DNA of 63,931 bases, counting the filler, from Collodictyon triciliatum (taxonomy: Eukaryota), in assembly GCA_043381765.1 (NCBI GenBank). It is 6 parts of 6 records of this genome, joined end to end, with 100 filler letters (N's around TTAATTAATTAA, not from the genome) between each part and the next. Parts side by side here need not be neighbours in the genome. Positions count along the whole stretch, not along the records: positions 57,268 to 63,931 come from JBHJMP010002467.1; 5 more parts are not named here. One strand, written 5' to 3'. Each line of letters begins with the position of its first letter. Position 1 is the stretch's first letter. Below the pieces are notes generated by a model. That model was given only the letters and a program-made list of their open reading frames with translations, made no database searches and was not told where the DNA came from. The position numbers and the translations under genes were made by a program. This document shows, one piece after another, positions 59,109 to 63,931 of the stretch.

Positions 59109-61060
59109 AAAATCGATGGTATGTTGATCTCTATAAAATGGCCATAATTTGTGCTTTTTCCTATTCAGAAAGAGTATATTTGCAGACAGTAGAATCTACA
59201 TCTTCCAAGTAATTAAATAAATAGGGTCAACTTGCTTATTTATGAATCTAGGTTTGCAAGATGAAAGGCAGATGTCACGCACAGGTCATGTACTCTTTTT
59301 CTGTGAGTATTTTTTTAACAACACATGTGTCACATTTCAAGATCGAAACCCCGAATTAAAATTACTCCACCTCAGAAGATGGCTTCTGTGCAAATCGTAT
59401 CTACCTCAATTTAACTTATTGAAGTGAATCTATGTGTGTTTTGTTGACTCATTACTATGTATTTTTGTCATGAAGACCGTTTTTCTTATATTACTACAAT
59501 TTTCGCACCGATTATAAAAAAATTCAATTATATGATAAAGTATCAATCTATCAACACTCTGGACTCTGTTTACACAGTATGAGTGATTGATTTCATGATG
59601 ATTTTAAATCTTAAGTTACCAATCTAATAGCACGCTTTCTCAATGATATGTCACAAAAGCCATGGAAAGCAAGGTATACCAATTTCTTTTCATCTACACT
59701 AATATTCTTGTGCTTTATATTAACAAAATTTTATTTTTGAGAATCATGAGGATTTATTGTATTCACATTTAATTCCGCTAAATAATATTATGTTTAACAC
59801 AATATTCAAAATTATTAGGTTTACACTTCAAGGATTATAGAAAAAAGATTATATGGTGCCTTATTTCGGAATCTACATTTAAAGGGTTTTGTCTAAGTTT
59901 AATTTGGAATAATCATCTTTTCAATTGAAAACAATATTTACAGTTTTTATGAAACAATTTACTGTACAACATATTTTCATCTATTGCAATATTGATTTTG
60001 ATTTTATAATTAACTAATAGTTAAAGCAAAAAATTATCACAATATCATGAAGATCTCGTAGTGATGTGCAAAATAGTACCAAATAAATCCAAAGAACATT
60101 TTTGGGCTTAATCTGGTATAAAGAAAGAGTTTAATTAAAATATTACGCACTAAGAAGTTATATAAATTTGTTTTCTTTTCAATTTCAATTTAATTATGAT
60201 ACCATTTTCTTTTTTTTTCGTCCATAAGTACTAATTTCTATAAATTTAAAAAAACGGAAGTTCTAGAATTCATTATTCAAACCAAAAAATTTCTTCATTC
60301 CTTTACCTATTTTGCATATCATTTTAAAATTCATGACTTATACTTAATATGATGAAAAATAGTTGTATTAAGCCGATGAAGTATAATTTATAATTTTGGA
60401 TAGTGCATACCTTTGAAGTAAATGATAGCTATTTGAAAAGAACTTAAAACTAAATTTCAATTTGTTTGAACTCCTTTTTTTGGGTTTCAAAGTATTGCAA
60501 AGCTAATTGTAAAATAGTGAAATTTTTTAGTCAGTCACATAGATGGGTGCAAATTTTGTCGCATATAAAATACAAAAATGTAACCAAATGCTGTTGCTTA
60601 ATTAAATGAACGCATAATTAGACCAATACTTTATTTCTTATTTAATTAAAAAAACAGAAACCAAAATTGACAATTCGAATGAAGTCTTTAACTCAAAAAT
60701 TAATGTATTTCAACGTATAATTTATTTTTTCTTGAATACTGATAGAAAAATCTACATTAAAAATTTTCTCATGATTTACGTTAAATGGAAAAAAAGATGA
60801 GTGATGGTCATTATCTGGACATGCTTTATTGATAACAAAAAAATTTTTTACTTAGAATCTATCGAAAGACAAAAAATGACAAGAATTGCATCATATAATT
60901 AGCAATAATAAATGAATAATAAACTTTTCAATGCGAGATAAACCTGTGTCGGTTCTATAATTATAATATGAAAATATTTACGATTGTTCTAATTTTTGAT
61001 AAATTTACTTTTTAAGCCTCTGTGTGAGCATTTCTTCATTAGATATCGAACCTCATTCAA

Positions 61061-63931
61061 ATGGATGGTGCTGAACCTCTCTGTTTCTGGTGAGCAAAAT
61101 ATCAGTGAGATTCATTAATTTCAAGTTTGAGGTTATTTAATCTTGTAATAGGCGAGATATATTTGCGTCAGAAGAAAGTAAAAGTATCTTGCGACCCAAT
61201 TATTTCTTCGAATGGGAAGGACCTCCTCTCAAAGTAACTGTGACGTATGTTTTACATAATTGATAAAATCTATATTGTGTATTAGTCTCTTGATTGAATT
61301 TATTTGACAGACGCTCAAAGCTCTTAGTTGCAATTGTTGTCATATCTTTCACTTTGGCATCAGTGTCCCCAAACCGGCCCCTCCAAAAGTATGTTTTTAT
61401 TCAAAAAGCGATGCATTTTGGAATATCAACTAAAACAAAGAAAACAGATGCCAGTATACAAGAGATGAGCTACTTTCGATGAAAATCGATGAATCTTTCC
61501 AAATTCTTTTGGGCCATTACGATGAAACATGTCCTTCTCCAAATGAAAATGAAAATTATCAATTAGAAATTATGAATGCAGAAAAACAAGAAAAATATTC
61601 ATACCAAAAGAATGACAAATCTAAATGGAATTATGATATCAAGAAGCCCAATATCGAGGCTGAATTCTGTAATGAAATTCGCTCATCAAAACGAAATGAG
61701 AGTGAGCAATTCGTTTTGAGTAATGAAGTGAGCCGAAATACGGAAGATAGTAATACTGTGAGTCAATATGAACTCCTTGTTCAGCTCTACAAAATACTTG
61801 GAGGTGATGGTTGGTATATGAGCTATGGATGGAATGATATTAACACACCGATTTGTTGGTGGTATAAGATATCCTGTTCTTGGAATTGCCTGTATGAACA
61901 ATATTGGGTAATTTTTTTAAGCCATGACAAATTCATCTCGATTTTAATTATCTTTGAATTGAAAAAAGGAAAAATCGATTTTAATCATAGTATGATTATG
62001 CTTATAGGACAATTCATGTCCCATAGTTGAAATAAGTCTGCTAGGAAATAATCTCAATGGCGATATTGAAGCTGCCTTTAAGATTTTTGAGAGACTCCCA
62101 TTTTTGTATTTCTTGGACTTGAGTTACAACTCCATTTTTGGAAATCTTCCAAACTTCAATCTCCCAAGTATACATTATCTCTACTTCTATGGAAATCGAA
62201 TTGTTGGAACGATTTCAGACTTTCACGGAATGCCGAATATTGTAAATTTCGATATCCAAGGGAATAAATTAGAAGGAACAATACCAAATTTTTCTGGAGT
62301 CCAGTCCCTGAAGATTTTATTAATTGGAATGAGCGATAAACTCACAGGTTCTGATATTTTTTTTAATATTATCATTCTAGATTTTTATTATAATTTGTAT
62401 TTCAGGAACTTTGCCTGATTTCTCGGGATTACCCAATGTTCAGATTCTTGAAATTAGGGGCTGCAAAATTTATGGTTTGTATTTACTTAATTCTAAATTA
62501 TGGAACAAAGCACTAAATTAACATCACAGGAACGGTTCCAAACTTCAGTGGAATTCCCAGTGTCGAAAAAATTGATTTTGGCGGCAACCAGTTGAATGGC
62601 ATGATTTGTGATTATTACACATAAAGTCGATTAAGCACTAATTCTACATCACAGGAACGATTCCAAACTTCAGCGGACTTCCTTATGTTTCTACGATTGT
62701 TCTCACCTACAACCAACTCACTGGTAATATTTATTATAACTGCATATTTGATTTATTTAGTATTAATCCTATACCACAGGAGCGATTCCAAACTTCAGTG
62801 GCATTCCGTACACTAAAGAACTTTTCCTTTTCTACAATCAACTGACTGGTAAGCATTGTAAATACTGCATAATAAATTAATTAAGCTCTAACATTGTACC
62901 GAAGGACCAATTCCAAACTTCAGTGGTATTCCAAATACTAAAGTATTGGGACTTTTCAACAACCAAATTGAAGGTAATCTTTATTTGCTAATTTCAATTA
63001 CTCCAGATATAAATACTCACTTTATTACAGGAACGATTCCAAACTTCAGTGGCATTACTTATGTTTCAGATATTTATCTTGGAATAAATAGATTAACAGG
63101 TAATTCATTATTTCTTATATTATGGATGAAAGCTAACGTTACATAACAGGAACTATTCCAAACTTCGATGGCATTCCAAGTGTGAGGCTGATAGATGCTC
63201 CCAATAACTATCTGACAGGCAATTTTCAATTTTTTTAGAATAGAATTGTTACTAGCATTAACTCTATACTTCAGGATCAGTTCCAAACTTCAGCGGAATT
63301 CAACATGTCTCCAATATTTTACTTGGAATAAATCAACTAAATGGTAACTTTGAAGTTTATTATGAATGAATTTTTGATGAAATACTAATTAAATATCCCA
63401 GGAACAGTTCCAAACTTCAATGGAACCCAATATGTCACAGAATTTAAATTGTCATCCAACAAGTTGAGCGGTACATTTTTTTTAAAAGTCATAATTTTAT
63501 AAAATTATATGCTAAATTATGATTTATGATAAGGAACAATACCGGATCTCGAATATCTATATAGTATCATAATTTTGGACTTTTCTGATAATCACTTAAG
63601 CGGTAAGCAAATAAAGAATAAAAATTGAATAAAAAAAGGCAGAAAATACTAATTGGAGGAAGAGATATGGTCAGTACATGTTGAATATATATTTCCCTAA
63701 AAGATTTTTTCTAAATTAATAGGCCAAGTTCCAGCCTTTTATAATTGCTTCAATTTAAATGAAATTTCACTATTCAGAAACAATCTGAACAGCTCTCTCT
63801 CTTCGTTATATTTACCGTTTTTGGGAATATTTGATGCCAGCGAGAATCATATTACAGGCACTATACCAAACAACTGGTACATTCCGTCCATAGAGGAACT
63901 TGACTTATCGAACAACGAAATGATCGGAACT
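61061..63931 (+). CDS. Extracellular LRR (receptor-like) protein: hydrophobic signal/anchor, LRRNT cap, plant/protist-type LRRs; runs off window
   Basis: KLLVAIVVISFTLASV, cap LLVQLYKILGGDGWYMSYGW...ICWWYKISC, repeats LxxLxLxxNxLxGxIPNFSG, ten 69-nt single-repeat exons from 62406 to 63602. Start codon inferred. Confidence 0.92.

Noticed and set aside
62406-63602. Regularly spaced repeat with unique spacers resembling a CRISPR array
   Set aside because: The repeats are the conserved halves of in-frame LRR exons with splice sites; no cas genes are present and the context is eukaryotic.

Overview
Intron-rich eukaryotic (protist-like) nuclear DNA, standard genetic code. The window is not one locus. 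It is six unrelated scaffolds of about 11.3 kb (the last one partial) in descending size order, joined by 100-nt N44-TTAATTAATTAA-N44 spacers, so adjacency across spacers has no biological meaning. Recognisable spliced genes: NAT10/Kre33, a P2X-receptor fragment, a multi-TM class III nucleotide cyclase with degenerate catalytic motifs, the VAC14 C-terminal half, WDR27, an apparently truncated DHH exopolyphosphatase (PRUNE/PPX1-like), a Neverland/DAF-36 Rieske sterol desaturase with an unusually long polytopic N-terminus, a divergent cullin, a bacterial-type Cache-domain sensor with a His/Glu tract, an intronless DUF5367-like membrane protein, TEX261/SVP26, Elongin C and an LRR protein. There are two main highlights. 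(1) A Fanzor (eukaryotic TnpB-derived RNA-guided nuclease) family is present as two decayed copies on different scaffolds. The full-length copy (about 40900-43750, +) keeps recognisable RuvC and zinc-finger motifs, a candidate intron, a nested retroposed insertion with a 17-18 bp target-site duplication, and a nested-hairpin candidate omega-RNA at its 3' end. (2) The LRR gene contains ten tandem 69-nt one-repeat-per-exon cassettes with a DNA-invariant core and hypervariable surface residues, a candidate receptor-diversification system. Exon structures were worked out by eye and family assignments come from remembered motifs. No searches were run.
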